In this document: positions 29,011 through 46,143 of the stretch, piece by piece
How positions within the stretch are numbered: the first letter of the stretch is position 1
Layout: each line of letters starts with the position of its first letter
Assembly (NCBI RefSeq): GCF_009914755.1
Contig: NC_060932.1
DNA from: the human T2T-CHM13v2.0 reference genome, Homo sapiens
Length of the DNA: 64,000 nt
Strand: one strand, 5' to 3'
The notes under the pieces: model-generated
Told to the model about the DNA's origin: nothing
The model's database searches: none
Seen by the model: only the letters and a program-made list of their open reading frames with translations
Translations under genes and position numbers: made by a program

Positions 29011-29879
29011 TAACTCTGTAATTGAGCCAAGAGCAAACCTTGTTCACAGGAAGAATGCAACATCCCTACAGTTTTGGGGAACCACTCTTTGAATCCCCAA
29101 AACCCCTTAAGAGTATATGTGGCTTAGTGGTAGAATATACCTGTGGGTACCCCAGCTGACTTGTTAGTGGCTATGCAGGAAGATTGTTGCCAAATCCACC
29201 GATAGCCTGCATACCTTGGGTAAGTCCCTTGCAAGTTCAGCAGCAACTCAGCCCCTTTAAGGATGTTCCACCTGCCTTCCCCATGAATTCAGCATCCCGT
29301 GTGGGTGGCCTTCCAGGGACCACAGCTGTTGCCTCATCATGTTTCCCAGAAAGTTCTGTAGCCTGCTTTCCGCACAGCCTGCTCCTTCACCCACCAAGAT
29401 AGCTTCCCAGGGAATTTGTTGGCACCCAGAGGACAGTCCCCTGCCTGCTAGCTTTGGCCAGCTGATCATGGACAGTCTGGCCTAGGGCAGTCCAGCCAGC
29501 TTCTCCACCATGCAAGGAGCTGCTCCATAACCTACCCTTCATTCCTTGTAACTGGGTAGCTTATAAGGAACAGAAATCTGTTTCTCACAGTGTGGGAGGT
29601 TGGTAAGTCCAAGATCAAGGCACCAGCAGATTTGGTATCTGGTGAGGGGTTTCTCATTCACATATGGTGTCTTCTCGCCATGTCCTCACATGTGCTTGTA
29701 TGAACTCTTTGTGTATTTAGAAGAGTAAGCCTTTAGAGAATCTTCTCGTGACTACAGTAATAGGGTCAAGTACTTACTAGGTGCCAGATACAGTGTTTAG
29801 TATGTTTCGTGTATGTGTTACCTAATTTAAACATCATGCTATCCTTGACACAGGATATCTGGTAGTGATGAGTTTAGTC

Positions 29880-30080
29880 AGTCCTACTGTCAGAGTTCAG
29901 CACAGCCACTTCTTCCTGTGACCATTGGCAAACTACCTCTTGCATCTGAGCCTCAATTTCCTCTTCTGTATATAATGAGGATAATAATTGTCCCTACCTT
30001 CTGGTGTTGTTGTGAAGACTGAGATGGTACATAAACAACATTAAGCCAGTAAAAAGTACTCGCTCAATGTCAGTTGCTGC
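29880..30080. mobile_element. MIR fragment
   Basis: ctgagcctcaatttcctcttctgtatataatgagg core. Confidence 0.65.
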
Positions 30081-30921
30081 TGTGGTCATCTTTTCTTCTT
30101 CCTGGATTAACTTAGGCTTATTTTGCAGTTTGACATACATTACACCATGATGGTAAGGTAAAGTGCACGCATCGTTCTCCATTCTGATAACAAAAGTTGC
30201 TGGGTCCTTCGTCTAAGTGTTCCCCACTCTGAAGTCTTTCCCAGTCCTGTGAATCAGTATGAATCTCTCCTTCTCCGAACTCCACCAGCATCTCCTGTAA
30301 ATTTCCTTGGGTGCCTCATCATACAGGACTGTAGTTCTTTGCACACCTGGCCTCCCCTGTGGACACTGGGATCCTCCATGGTGGAGGCTGTGCCCTCAAC
30401 TCTCAGACCCCTGCGTCTTCTTCAGTCCTCACCCACAGTAAGGTCTCAATAGTTAGTTACTCAGTGAAATAATGCACTTTATTTTGAAGATCAAGTTTAT
30501 GTTCAATTTGAGAATGATTAGCTTCTGTTTTGCTAGATAGCACACAAATAAACCATTCTTCATATGTGAGTTAAGATCATTTTGAAAGGAAAAAGCTGTT
30601 TTTCTTATGTTCTTAATCTAGGAACTGTGCCCATTTCTTAAATCCTGAGGATACTGGCACCGCGTAGTAGGTTGTTGGAGTATACAAACATGCTGGAAAC
30701 TGTGGACTGTTCTGCTTGCTGCTCAGTATTTGTTAACATCAAGTGAATTTTTCACATGTGTGAAACTTCTCAGTGCCTTCCACCTTCGTGCTCTGTTTCC
30801 ATGGATGGCAGTCCTGCTAGAGATAAGACCCAAACAAAACCAGTTACCTGGCTCTGTGTGACGTGGACAGTCTGGGGTACAGTTAGAGTTGATAATGGAG
30901 GCTTAATAGTCTGCTGTACAT

Positions 30922-31227
30922 TCTTTCTTTCTTTCTTTTTTTTTTTGAGACAGAGTCTCACCCCATCGTCCAGGCTGGAGTGCAGTGTCTCAATCTTGGG
31001 TCACTGCAACCTCCACTTCCCAGGTTCAAGCGATTCTGCTGCCTCAGCCTCCTGAATAGCTGGGACTACAGGCGCGTGCCACCACGCCCCACTAATTTTT
31101 TATATTTTTAGTAGAGGCGGGGTTTTACCATGTTGGCCAGGATAGTCTCGATGTCCGGACCTTGTGATCTGCCCACCTCGGCCTCCCAGAGTGCTGGGAT
31201 TACAGGTGTGAGCCACTGCACCCAGCC
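30922..31227 (-). mobile_element. Alu (AluSc-like)
   Basis: Antisense Alu. Confidence 0.95.
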
Positions 31228-32384
31228 TGTTATTTCAAATTCTCTGGCAAAATGATCTGACCACCGAAAGCTGTGACATACTAGCCAAGAAGCCTGCTGC
31301 ACCAGGCTGGTGCCAGGGATGGGTGCTGAGGACAGGGGCTTGGCATCTGCTGTTGTTATTCTGAGTGTCCAGGCAGATAAAAGCAGGTGGAGCTGGGGCC
31401 TGTGTGGAATTCCAACCAGGAGAGAGTTTTCAGGGGAAACCAAAGAAGCTGCATCTGTGTTCAAGCCCTGGGGATGATTTTAGGACAAAAGTAGAACTTG
31501 AAGATAAGCAGGCAAGGAGCTAGGTGAGGGCAGTCTCAGAAGTAAGAGTGTTAAGAGACTGGGGTGCCCACAGCAACTTCTCGTTGGAGTCCTGGCCCCT
31601 GTGGTGCATGGTGGGTGGGTTGGTTTACAGACCTGCAGCTCTCTGTGGGACTTGGAGCAAATCTGTTAAACTCAGAGGGCTTCTGACTTACTAGTTGATG
31701 TTTGGACTGGATGCCTTCCAGGTTCCAGTCTAGCTCGAACATGCTGTTACTTGGGTTCATTTTATTACTTTGATAAGCATTTAACATTTACATTTTTAAC
31801 TTGCATTTTTATATTTGAGGATCTTTTCCTAGCTGGTGTTTGAAGTGCATTTTTGATATCCACATAGCCATGCTACAAGCTAATGATGCTAAATTAACTT
31901 TTGTAGCAGTTTGCTGTTTACAGGAGTTTGGTTAAGGAACTCAAATTACATTCACTTAATATTGTGCGACACTATATAAAAATGTACACATCAGGAAATT
32001 AATGTTTTTCATAAAAGTATGCCGCTTAGTTCATTAATTAAAAATAGCGTTTTTAGATTGCTCATTTAGGAAAGATGAGTTCTGGCATAAAGAAGCAGTC
32101 CCTGCTTTGGGGAGGCATTAGCCTGGGGGCAAAGAGTAAGGGCCCCAGAAGTGGGTTCCCAAGTTCACATCCCAAGTCTGCTGCTGGTTAGCTCCTGACT
32201 CTGGGTACATCGCATAACCTCCCTGAGCATTAGCATCCTCATTTGTAAAATGAGGATAAACCCATCTAGGGCCATTGTGAAGATTACACGAGGTGTACAT
32301 TTAAAACTGCAGGCCCAGTGCTGATATGGGCCTGCGCTATCAATGTGGCCTTTGCGGGGGATGAGACATTTAGAAATACGGTGT

Positions 32385-32686
32385 TTTTGTTTTCTTTTGC
32401 TCTTTGAGACGGAGTCTCACTCTGTCGCCCAGGTTGGAGTGCAGTGGCCTGATCTCAGCTCACTGAAACCTCTGCCTCCTGGATTCAAGTGATTCTCATG
32501 CCTCAGCCTCCCGAATACCTGAGATTACAGGTGCCCGCCAACATGCCTGGCTGATTTTTGTATTTCTAGTAGAGACTGGGTTTTACCATGTTGGCCAGGC
32601 TGATCTTGAACTCCTGGGCTCAAGCGATCCACCCGTCTTTGCCTCGCAAAGTGCTGGGATTAGAGGCATGAACCACTGTCCCAGCC
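32385..32686 (-). mobile_element. Alu
   Basis: Antisense Alu; TSD agaaatac(g/a)gt. Confidence 0.95.
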
Positions 32687-32741
32687 AGAAATACAGTACT
32701 TTGAAGCAAAGGAATTTCATATCATTATACGTCAGCAGATA

Positions 32742-33062
32742 CAGTGGTCCCCTTATCCATGGTTTCACTTTCTGTGATTTCAGTTACCTGCAATCAACTG
32801 TGGTCCAAATACATGTGAATGCAGCATAATAATAGTTTTTGAGAGACCATATTCATAAAAGTTTAATTATTAATACAGTATATTATCATTGTCCTATTTA
32901 TTGTTGTAAATTTCTTACTGTGCCTAATTTATAAATTAAACTTTATCATAGGTATCTACTTATAGGCAAAAACATAGTCTGTATAGTCTTCGGTACTGTC
33001 CTCGGTTTCATGCATCCGCTGGGATCTTGGAACGCATGTCCGAGGGATAAGGGGGGACTGCT
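32742..33062 (+). mobile_element. MER44A-like element
   Basis: cagtggtccccttatcc...ggataaggggggactg TIRs. Confidence 0.85.
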
Positions 33063-33080
33063 CTTCTTTGGAGTCTCTAG

Positions 33081-33393
<313 letters not shown>

Positions 33394-33492
33394 CGGAGTC
33401 TCTAGAATTTCAAGTCAGCAGTAGAAGTGGTTGGTGCAGAGAGTTGAAGTTGTAATTGCAGTAGTGTCTTTCCCCAGTTGGTGTACATTTCA

Positions 33493-33842
<350 letters not shown>

Positions 33843-34668
33843 CTAGGTTTAAGTAGGGCAGTTTGAACAATAATGTGTCCCATCTGCAGCCAGGAGCTGT
33901 TTCTTGAGTACTCTCTGAGAAAGGGCAGGGTGCCCTGGGTATATGGATGAGAGAATGGAAGTCATCACTGCTTTTAGAGATGTAATGATCTAGTTGAAGA
34001 GAGATTACATCCAGGGCATGCAGAGTAATAGCGTTCCTTTAAGTATTGTGGTGATCCATTAGGTTAATTATGTGTTTTTGCTAGACTCGTTAGATAGTGT
34101 TGTGTCGTGCATCTGCTTCACACATACCTATCAGGGCAATCCCCTTGCCCAGAGGAGGCTGGGCTGATCTTAGGCTGTTTGTGTTTTTAACACTTTTAGT
34201 CTGCTGTGTTTCCAGATCATTTATATAGGGCTTTGTTGAATGGTTGCTGTGGTCTGCTTGAGTCCCATCTGCCCCAAATCCTAATTATGAACACCTCCTT
34301 GGCAGCCCTTGCTTTGGTGGGCTCTGGGGACTCTGGCTCAGTCGTTGATATCTAGATAAAGATCCCTGGAGTCAGTCTGTTAAAAGGAAGGTGAGCAGAG
34401 CAGTGACAGATGCTGTCTTTGTCTAGTGTGGGTCTTCCTGCCATAACCATGAAAATTTTCTCCACGGTGACGCAGAGGAGGATTTAGGCGCTGGAGCCGG
34501 CGCCCAGGCAGTTCTGCTGTTCTTGGTTGCACATTTGTTCTCACATCCTTCGTTGCTTCACCTCTGCCCTTCTCCCCCTGCCCCCATCCCCGGGCAGTGC
34601 TGTCTTTGTAAAATGAGCCCATTTTTAGTGCACATCTCCCTAACACATTTTTCTCTCTCCTCCTACAG

Positions 34669-34795
34669 GGGAGTTGCTGAGTCAGCCCAGACCGGAAGGA
34701 GTGGCAGAGATCATTTGCCCCAAGAACGGCAGCGAGCGAGTAAATGTTGCCTTGGTTTACCCACCCACGCCAACTGTGATCAGCCCCTGTTCCAA
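34669..34795 (+). other. Candidate cassette exon (127 nt)
   Basis: Branch point CCCTAAC 34638-34644, long polypyrimidine tract, CAG at 34666-34668; donor CAA|GTGAGT. Confidence 0.45.
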
Positions 34796-35090
34796 GTGAG
34801 TTCTCAAAGTCCCTCTGGCCCCGGGACCTGGCTCCTGATCCCAGCTCCATAGATATGACCACAAAAATCCAGGTTAAACTGCATCTGCACAAACCTTGCA
34901 AAGTCCTCCTGAACAGACATAATTCTTCTGGATGACATCAGCATCATGATTTATGCAGCAAAACAGGAACTTTTATTTCCTCTTTTTTGTGATTTTTTTT
35001 TTTTTTTTTTTTACTTTAGCTAATAAAGTCAGAACATTTTTTAACAGCCTTTTTGAGATGTCATTCACATACCACAGTTCACTTACCTAA

Positions 35091-35750
<660 letters not shown>

Positions 35751-36763
35751 AAAGAAAATAGTTTTTTGACGGGCAGTCTTAACTCTGTCATTGCAGAATG
35801 AAGTTGGCTCTCACATCAAAAACCAGTGCAGGCCCATTCCATGAGCAAAGCCTGCAGAAAGTCAGTAATAGGCCGTTTTCTGTTGCATGGTTCTGATTGC
35901 GGAGTCAGTCCCTGAAAATCAAGGGCTGTGCAGTTTGCCACCACCTTGCCCCAAAATGGACTTGAAGACAGAGAACGCACACATGCCAAGTAACTTTCAG
36001 ATAGAACATTGGGTTACTACTATTCTAGATAACACTCATCCTGTTGGTTTGGGTTTTATGTATGTGTGTTTTTCGTTTTGTTTTGTTTGTATTAAGAACC
36101 AAAGAGGCCGCTTTTAAGCTGAGATGAAATGCCTGTTACTTCAAATCCTGAAAAGCAGCAGCCACAGATCTTCTTGGGTCAGATCTCATGATCTGGGTGA
36201 TGTCAGCACCATGATTTCTCCAGCATAGTATTCATATCCATGCAGCAAACTCGACTCTTTCTTCCTAGCTGGCCACATGGAATTTTTTAATGAAAAAATT
36301 ATGTATGAATCTAAGCCTGTTTTTAGGGAGCTTGGAAAGTGTGCCTTTGGGAATTGTGACCTGTCATCTCCTCTTGGGAAACTTGCTGTCCGGCTGCATT
36401 CCAGGCAGTGTGACAGGCATCCATCTCACCCCTCACATGGCAGCTTCCCTGCCTTTGGTGTGCTCCCTGCAAAGCGAGGGTTCCCAGTGGCATTCTTACT
36501 CATTAGCTGCTGCAGTAGAAGTAGAGGGCACTCGGCTCAGTGCCCCGTTTCTCCAAACTGGGAAACTCATTACATAGAACATCCCTAATCTATCCTTGCT
36601 GGAAAATATCACCGAACACCCAAGGGAAACTGTTATCTAATGCTCTTGTATTCAGAGTACTATTTAACTATCATGTGCATAGTTTAATTTATCACTGACC
36701 CTAAGACATTGTGAATCTTGAAGTGCTTCTTAAATATTAAAATAGGATTACAGAATAACTGTT

Positions 36764-36801
36764 AAAAGTAATTGCACAATTACTTTTGCACCAACCGAAT
36801 A
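36764..36801. mobile_element. MADE1 (mariner MITE) remnant
   Basis: aaaagtaattgc...caattacttttgcaccaaccgaata. Confidence 0.75.
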
Positions 36802-37959
36802 TTAACCTGAATATCCCCTGTCCTGAACATATCAAACAACAGAAATTTTATTGTTTCTCTTTTAATTTCTTTGAAATTGTACATATTGGTCCCTTTCTTT
36901 CAGATACACCTGGGTGAGGATGGATAAGGGGATATTATATGTTTTCTTTTTCTTCTGTCTCTTTTTTTTAATACCCCGCAAGTTCTTAAAGCTCAAGGGG
37001 ATATTACAGAACCAGCAAGGTATGAAACAGAGGAAACAAAAATTCAATATACTTTGCATTGGCGTAAACTTTCCAGAGCCAAGAGAGACATGAACCTATT
37101 GTTTTGCCATAGCCAAGTGCCGTCGAATAGGTGCGATAGAGGTAGGAGTTAAAATATCCATTTGCGCTAGAAACCTTCCTAGCACCAAGCCAGCTTTATC
37201 AGTGTTTTCCCATGGGCTTCTTGTACTGCCGCAGAAAGACCACGTTTATACCAACCTGAAAAAAATGTTATCAGCCTCTCTCTCGACAGCATATTGAACC
37301 TGAACGAACAAGCAGCCTAAAGTCATGGGTAAGCGGCGGTACATGGCGCCAGACATCCAAATGCCGAGGAAGCCTCTTTAGGCATTGAACCACTTTTGAC
37401 CTAGCTATCAGAATCATTTTATTTTGAAAGAGGTTAAAAAAAAAGTCTCATGAAATGGATGACAGCTTTGCAATATAATTCTCAACTCTAAATGAAGGAA
37501 TGTTCTCTAAGTAGGGAAGTTTCATATTCCTGGCAAGACGTTTCTTGGAAAATTACCATATTTTAGTGCAGCTGCAAGGGTTAAATGATCTCTTGTGTGA
37601 CTTTATAGAAAAGCACACGTAGATGTGAAGCCTGTGCTCGAGCTGCCCAGTGTTCCCCCACCTTCACCGCCTTAAGCACCCACAGTTTACATCCATGAAC
37701 ACATGGACAAAAACAAACTCATGTGGAGGCCGGGCCAGGCTCCGGGGAAGGTCCCATTCATGGGTGGTTGACAGTGGATTGGAAGCGGGAGATTTGGGGG
37801 GATCGATTAGGATAGCTGGCAAAGAATCTGTGCTTAAGTCAACACAGCTTGGGCCTGAGCCTGAGACTTGGGGTCTCAGCAGGCACTAGACATTGGAAGT
37901 CCGGGGCTATTGCACTGGCTTTCAACTCCAGCCGAGGTAACTTAAGCAGGTGACCATAG

Positions 37960-38268
<309 letters not shown>

Positions 38269-39449
38269 CAAGGTCAGGCTTTCTTAATCAGACCTGTTAA
38301 GTTAGAATTTCTCAGGGAAGGGACCAGGCATGAGTCACTAAAAAACAGAAGAAGCCACCCAGATGAGTCTGACGTGTGCACACGACTTTCTGATGGTTCA
38401 GTTCCAGTCCATGCCTCTAAGGGTGGGTTCCCTGGCCAGTGGGGCCTTAGGACTGCTCTGTGGTCAATACCTGCTCTGCAGCACAAAGGCAAAACTGTCC
38501 ATGCTGTCTGCTCTCAGCCTCAGCACAGTCCCTCCCACTCTCAGGTAAGGTGAACATATCACTCACTGTTCAAATCAGGAGAGGATTGAGAGTGATGGGA
38601 CGGCTGTCAGTCATGTTGGGATGATGGGTGCCCTAGAGAAAGCTCCCAGGTAGACCAGAATAATTACCCTAGGTGATTGCTGGCTTTTGTGGGGCTTAGG
38701 TGGCTGATCTGGATCTCATGATGGTTTTTAAAAAGACATTCCAAGTTCTTCTTTGGCTGGTTTAGCCCTCTCCTTTATTGGTCAAATCAGAGACTTGTCA
38801 TTTAACTGCCTGTCTTTGACTAATGGTGCTGCAATGCTTTCTTTATAAAGAAGAAACTGTAGATGACTGTTACCTGATTGGCCTTTTTTAAATGAATCCC
38901 AAGCTTTTCTATTTCTTATTTTAAACACTTTGTAGACATTTTATTCCCCCATGGGGAGAGACAGAGAATAAGAAGTAGGTAGTGATTTTTTTTTTTTTGT
39001 TTTAACAACGTGATTTACTCTTATAACTTGTCTCAGTGGATTGGTGGTTGAGGTCTCCACCAGCGTTTCATTGGGAAGAGGTTTCAGGAACAGGATGAAA
39101 TGCCTCCCCTTCTGCACCTCACCCTCCAGGGAGAAACAGGAGCTGAGTGGCTTCTTCTCCCCCTTGCTGATTATCAGATAGAAATGTGAGTCATTTCCAT
39201 GCTTTGAATATCTTGAGATGATTTTCAAAGATATCTGCATTTAAGATGAGGTGAACATTCACCTAGTAGCAAATTTGCCTGGGTCGCTCTGCAAAATTCT
39301 GGCCTCCTCAAGGATACAGATTGTGACAGATACATTTTTAAAAGCTTTATTGATGTATAATTTCCATACCAGAAAATTCACCTGTGCAATGATTACTAAC
39401 GTATTTGCAGAGTTGTATTTATACAACCATCACCACAATCTAATTTTAG

Positions 39450-39857
<408 letters not shown>

Positions 39858-39929
39858 TAAATATTTTTAGTGTCACTTTCAGGAATGGTTTTGCTGGCTG
39901 GTGTGTTAGTATGAAGCAGATTTCTGAGC

Positions 39930-40243
39930 TTTTTGTTTTTTGTTTTGTTTTGTTTTGTTTTGTTTTGGGACAGAGTCTCACTCCTTCACCCAGGCTGGAG
40001 TACAGTGGCATGATCTCGGCTCACTGCAACCTCTACCCCCTGGGTTCAAATGATTCTCCTGTTATCCCTGCCGAGTAGCTGGGACTACAGGTACATGCCA
40101 CCATGCCTGGCTAATTTTTGTATTTTTGGTAGAGATAGGGTTTCACTGTGTTAGCCAGGATGGTCTCGATCTCCTGACCATGATCCGCCTGCCTCGGCCT
40201 CCCAGAGTGCTGGGATTACAGGCGTGAGCCACCGTGCCTGGCC
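39930..40243 (-). mobile_element. Alu (AluSc-like) with a (GTTTT)n tail
   Basis: TSD gatttctgag(c/t)ttt. Confidence 0.95.
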
Positions 40244-42199
40244 GATTTCTGAGTTTTAAAGAGGTTCTCATAAACACGTTATCCTTGGCACAGTTCAGTC
40301 TAAAGGCAGTGGCTTGTCTTGCTCCTGCCACTGCCAGCCCCCTATTTCCTGGATGGTGGAGAGGAGCTGGAGCTGCTTGGAGAGCTCCTCCTTTAGAACT
40401 TCTTCATGGCAGCCTAATTAGGCCCTAGATATTTCAGGGGTACTGAGCCTTGACATTAGGAGTCAAAAGATAGGGCAAACATATACTTCCCGTGGGCAAG
40501 GTAGGAAGCAAGTAGACCGCATTATCTTTTAAAGCTTTTATTTGTGAATTCCTGTCTCTGTCCAGCTACTCTTCAGGTTGAGACCCAATATTCCAGTTCC
40601 CAGGGAGTGTGAGCTTCTCTGGACAAATGGCAGCTTGCTGGTTGCGTTTCATTTCTAGGGTTCCTGCAGAATGCTTCTCTTTCTCCTTCCAAAGAGCTTT
40701 AGAGCAAATCCGTCCTCCACCAAACTGAAGACTCTTTGATAACCTGCCAGATAACCCAGTTTATCTACTGATTTTTGGGTAAAAGACCAAGCAAATTCAA
40801 CAGGTCATCATATGAAAATGTTTTACCTTGAGGCATTACTGGAATGCGACCCACATTCTAACATGTGGTTTCTTAATGGACTGACCCTTGAATATACAGG
40901 AAATGGGCATGTGTCACTCTTATTTCCTGATGGTTGACGTTTCTCCTGCAGCGATACCGTATCTGTCTGTGCTCCAATATGTGGGGAATGGTGGGAGTTC
41001 TGAGACTGAAGAAGTTAGTTCATTCTGATTTTGGCTGATCATGTGTTAACAGAATTAGCAAAAAAAAAAAACGGGTGGGGTGGTGGTTTGAAAATGGTTG
41101 AGCTAAGCTTTCTCCTTTTTTAGGAAGTACTAATAATAATAGAGGGGAAGGCTGAGTTATTGCATTTCGAAATACCCTTTTAAAATCTTGGATTATTGCC
41201 TCTATACTGTAGAGTTCCCATTCAAGCAAGATCCCCACTAAATTCCAGTTACTTGCTAGCTGTTTGTAAGTATTCTCAGAAGTACCGTGGTTACTTTGCA
41301 CAGGAATTTTGGCAGTAACATCGTTTTGACATAAAGACATTTAAGACCAGTTGCAGTAGCCTTTCATAAAAAGCAGGATGAAGTCTGTAGCCTTTATATC
41401 ACCAAATAAACAGGCCACGTATGCCTAACAGCACACAAATTAGCATGAACTTGATAAAATATTTTTAAAAAGCAGTGACGTGATATGAATTAGGCTTCAT
41501 TACAATGGAGAATTTTTCACTGACCACAGAATTTTAAAATATAGAGGGTGAGGATGGGATGGTATTTTATAAGAAAAGGCCACATGTGGAGGTTGCCTGT
41601 GGGGTGTTTCACATTGATTTGCATTGATTTGTTTTGTTCTGTGCAAGGAGTGAGGCAGCTCTTTGCCTTGCTGTTTTAACAAGCTAGGAGGAATTGTGTT
41701 TCTTTAATTATTTAGTCTCCCGTCAGCCACATTGATACTGGAATTTTTCCCTCTCTGCTTAGGTATCTTCATACTTTCTTGGAAAATTAAGTGGAAAAGA
41801 TAGTGCTTCTTTTCCTTATGCCATCATTTTTACTGTACCCAAACTGTGACTTTAGGAGCACCAATTTTTAAGGGTAAGTCTCCGTGAAACAGAGAGAATT
41901 TCTTAAATAGGTAAGGCCCTCTTGAGGACTCAGAGAGATTAGGGGGGATATGGGGGTGTTGGGATGAAGAGATTTTGGAGAACAGGAATCCTAGACAAAC
42001 CTTATACATCTCTAGAATCAAGTTGCATATGGGAATTAGGAAGAAGGGAACTGCTTGATTCTTTTGCTTAATTTACAATGATATTGCATAGACAGTGATC
42101 TTAGATCCTTGTTCAAAAAAGGAAGTCATTTTTGAAAAATGTTAATATTATGCAGAAATAAAACATCAAGTGGGTCCACACCTTCAGGAACTACACAGG

Positions 42200-42594
42200 A
42201 AAGTACCGGGATGGTCACAAGTAGGGAAAGGGAGGGACTGGGGGCAGGAGGGGAGAGGGGAGGAACGGGCAAGGCCGGGTAGGCAGGTCTAGGACAGGCT
42301 TATTTGAATAATCTCAGTGGCCCTGGGGCAGAGGGGTTGCCTTAGTCGTCTGGCACCTGGCTCAGGGGTGATGAGGGCAGGTAGATGGTGGCCTGGAGTG
42401 TGAGAGCCAGTAAAGGAGGTGTTCCAGGTGTGGGTTCAGGATTAGTTGGTTTGTATTTGAAGAGTATACTCCGGGCAAATTGTTTTACCGTCTCTAGGAA
42501 TTGGCTAATCCTAGGAGGGGCAGTCCCTCCAGAGTTTGCAAGGTCCAGAGTAGGAAAGCACCAGAATACAGAAAATAAAAGACATGGTTAATAC
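42200..42594 (-). mobile_element. ERVL LTR (MER74-like); left boundary approximate
   Basis: Reverse complement starts tgtattaaccatgtcttttattttctgtattctgg. Confidence 0.65.
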
Positions 42595-42729
42595 AACATG
42601 CCATGGCTTCAGTTTCAGCCTAAGCGGCTCAGTACCTTGAGTCATAATTTCTTTGTTGCATCCTGGAAGGGCAGATTTCAATTCCCTAACCTGGGAGGAC
42701 TCGGGGGCTGGGTGCCCCCCAGGCTGGAC

Positions 42730-44250
<1,521 letters not shown>

Positions 44251-44817
44251 ATGGTTGTTTTCTCTAAGATCCCAAATGTGGAAAAAGGCATATAGATGTG
44301 AAACAATTTTCAAGCTGGTTGAACAGTGGGATTTTCCGTCTAGGTGTCCTTGATTAGGTATTCTTGTGTTTCTCAGTCTTACGTGTAGCCCGGGGAGCAG
44401 ACTGTCTGCATTTCTGAAGGTCTGTCAGATTCAGTGGGAAAATGTTTATGTAACACATCTCCCACGTGAACCCAAAACTCACACCACCAAAGTTAGCTGC
44501 TAGGTTGAGACGTGTGTTTTTACACTGGCGTCCTCCTTACAGTTAGATTGATTATATTATTAGTTGAATTTGAGGCAGTTTTCAAAACCCTCTCTTCTGG
44601 GAGTTTACTATATTAATAGGCATTCAAAAAATTCTCGTGGCAGAGTGCCTTAGAAATGTGAAACTCTTTCCTAGGGCTCCAAATATCCAACTTCTCTTTG
44701 AGCTTTGGAGTCAGATCACCCTAGTGAAAGGCCTGGCTCTGTCACTCGCTAGTATGCACCCTTGGGGAAGTTATTTCATCTTTTGGAACCTTAGTTCCCT
44801 TCCTAGTAAGATGCTGA

Positions 44818-45151
<334 letters not shown>

Positions 45152-46143
45152 TTATTAGGAGTTGAAGATAAATAATGCACTAGAGTGAACAACCTAATTC
45201 CTGGCATGTAGTTAGTAAATGAGAGGTTTTTGGTTTTTTTGTTTTGTTTTGTTTTGTTTTGCTTTGCTTTGCTTTGTTTTGGTGATGTCGTTATTATCAT
45301 GCTTGAATGAGCCCATGACTGAATCTTGTATGGACTGGAGAAGTGTTTAGGCAGATGCTGAATTATCAGTGTCCATGAAATCAGCGTCTCTCCTAATGAG
45401 AGATGGGGGATTGGAGGAAACGAATCGTAACTCCTTTTTCCTTTCCTTTCAATGTCTTTGTATATTTTATTAAAAGTTGCTAAAAAAAAAAAAAACCACT
45501 TTCAAAAACATCCCATCACATGTCATTGTAGGGAAGCAAAAATGAGAAAAACACTTGATATTTTTTCCTCTAACCATTTTATCGGAACTGAATCCCGCTT
45601 TATTTGCTGAGGCTGCAGTAGTTTATTCATTCTATATTGATCAGACTCCAGATTTGCGTGGACAACTTAACTTATAACATTTTAAGTAAAATCATGCATT
45701 TTAGGCAGACAGACATCTCACTTTTTAGTATATATTCCTTCTTCTAGAGGATTATTTGGTGTGTGTCTGCGTGTGACCGTGTGTGTTTATTGAAAGGAAA
45801 CAGTTCCGTGTTTAGAGTTTTGGGTTGTTAGTTAGAGGTCTAGTTAAGCTATAAAATTACAGTGGAATAAGTGATGACAGCCAGTTAGTACAGTTCCCTC
45901 TTATAGCTGAACTGAGCTTAACACACCAACAGAAATGTTTGGCAAATAGACTGCTAAAATGACTCTTTCCTTTGTGGGGACATTAGTTGCCTGACATTTA
46001 CATGTTTATAATGAGTCCTGGAAGTAGAAATGAAAATATGTGCAGAAAATAGATTTCTATCATCACTTCCTTTTCTTATTGAGGGTAGCATTGTCCAGTA
46101 CGTTTTTGTCATCTCTGTGCTTTCTTCTTGTCCACCCATACAG

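Noticed and set aside
38518-38550. 27-nt micro-exon candidate (ctctcag…CAG|GTAAGG)
   Set aside because: The acceptor is weak, and such signal pairs are common by chance in a 38 kb intron.
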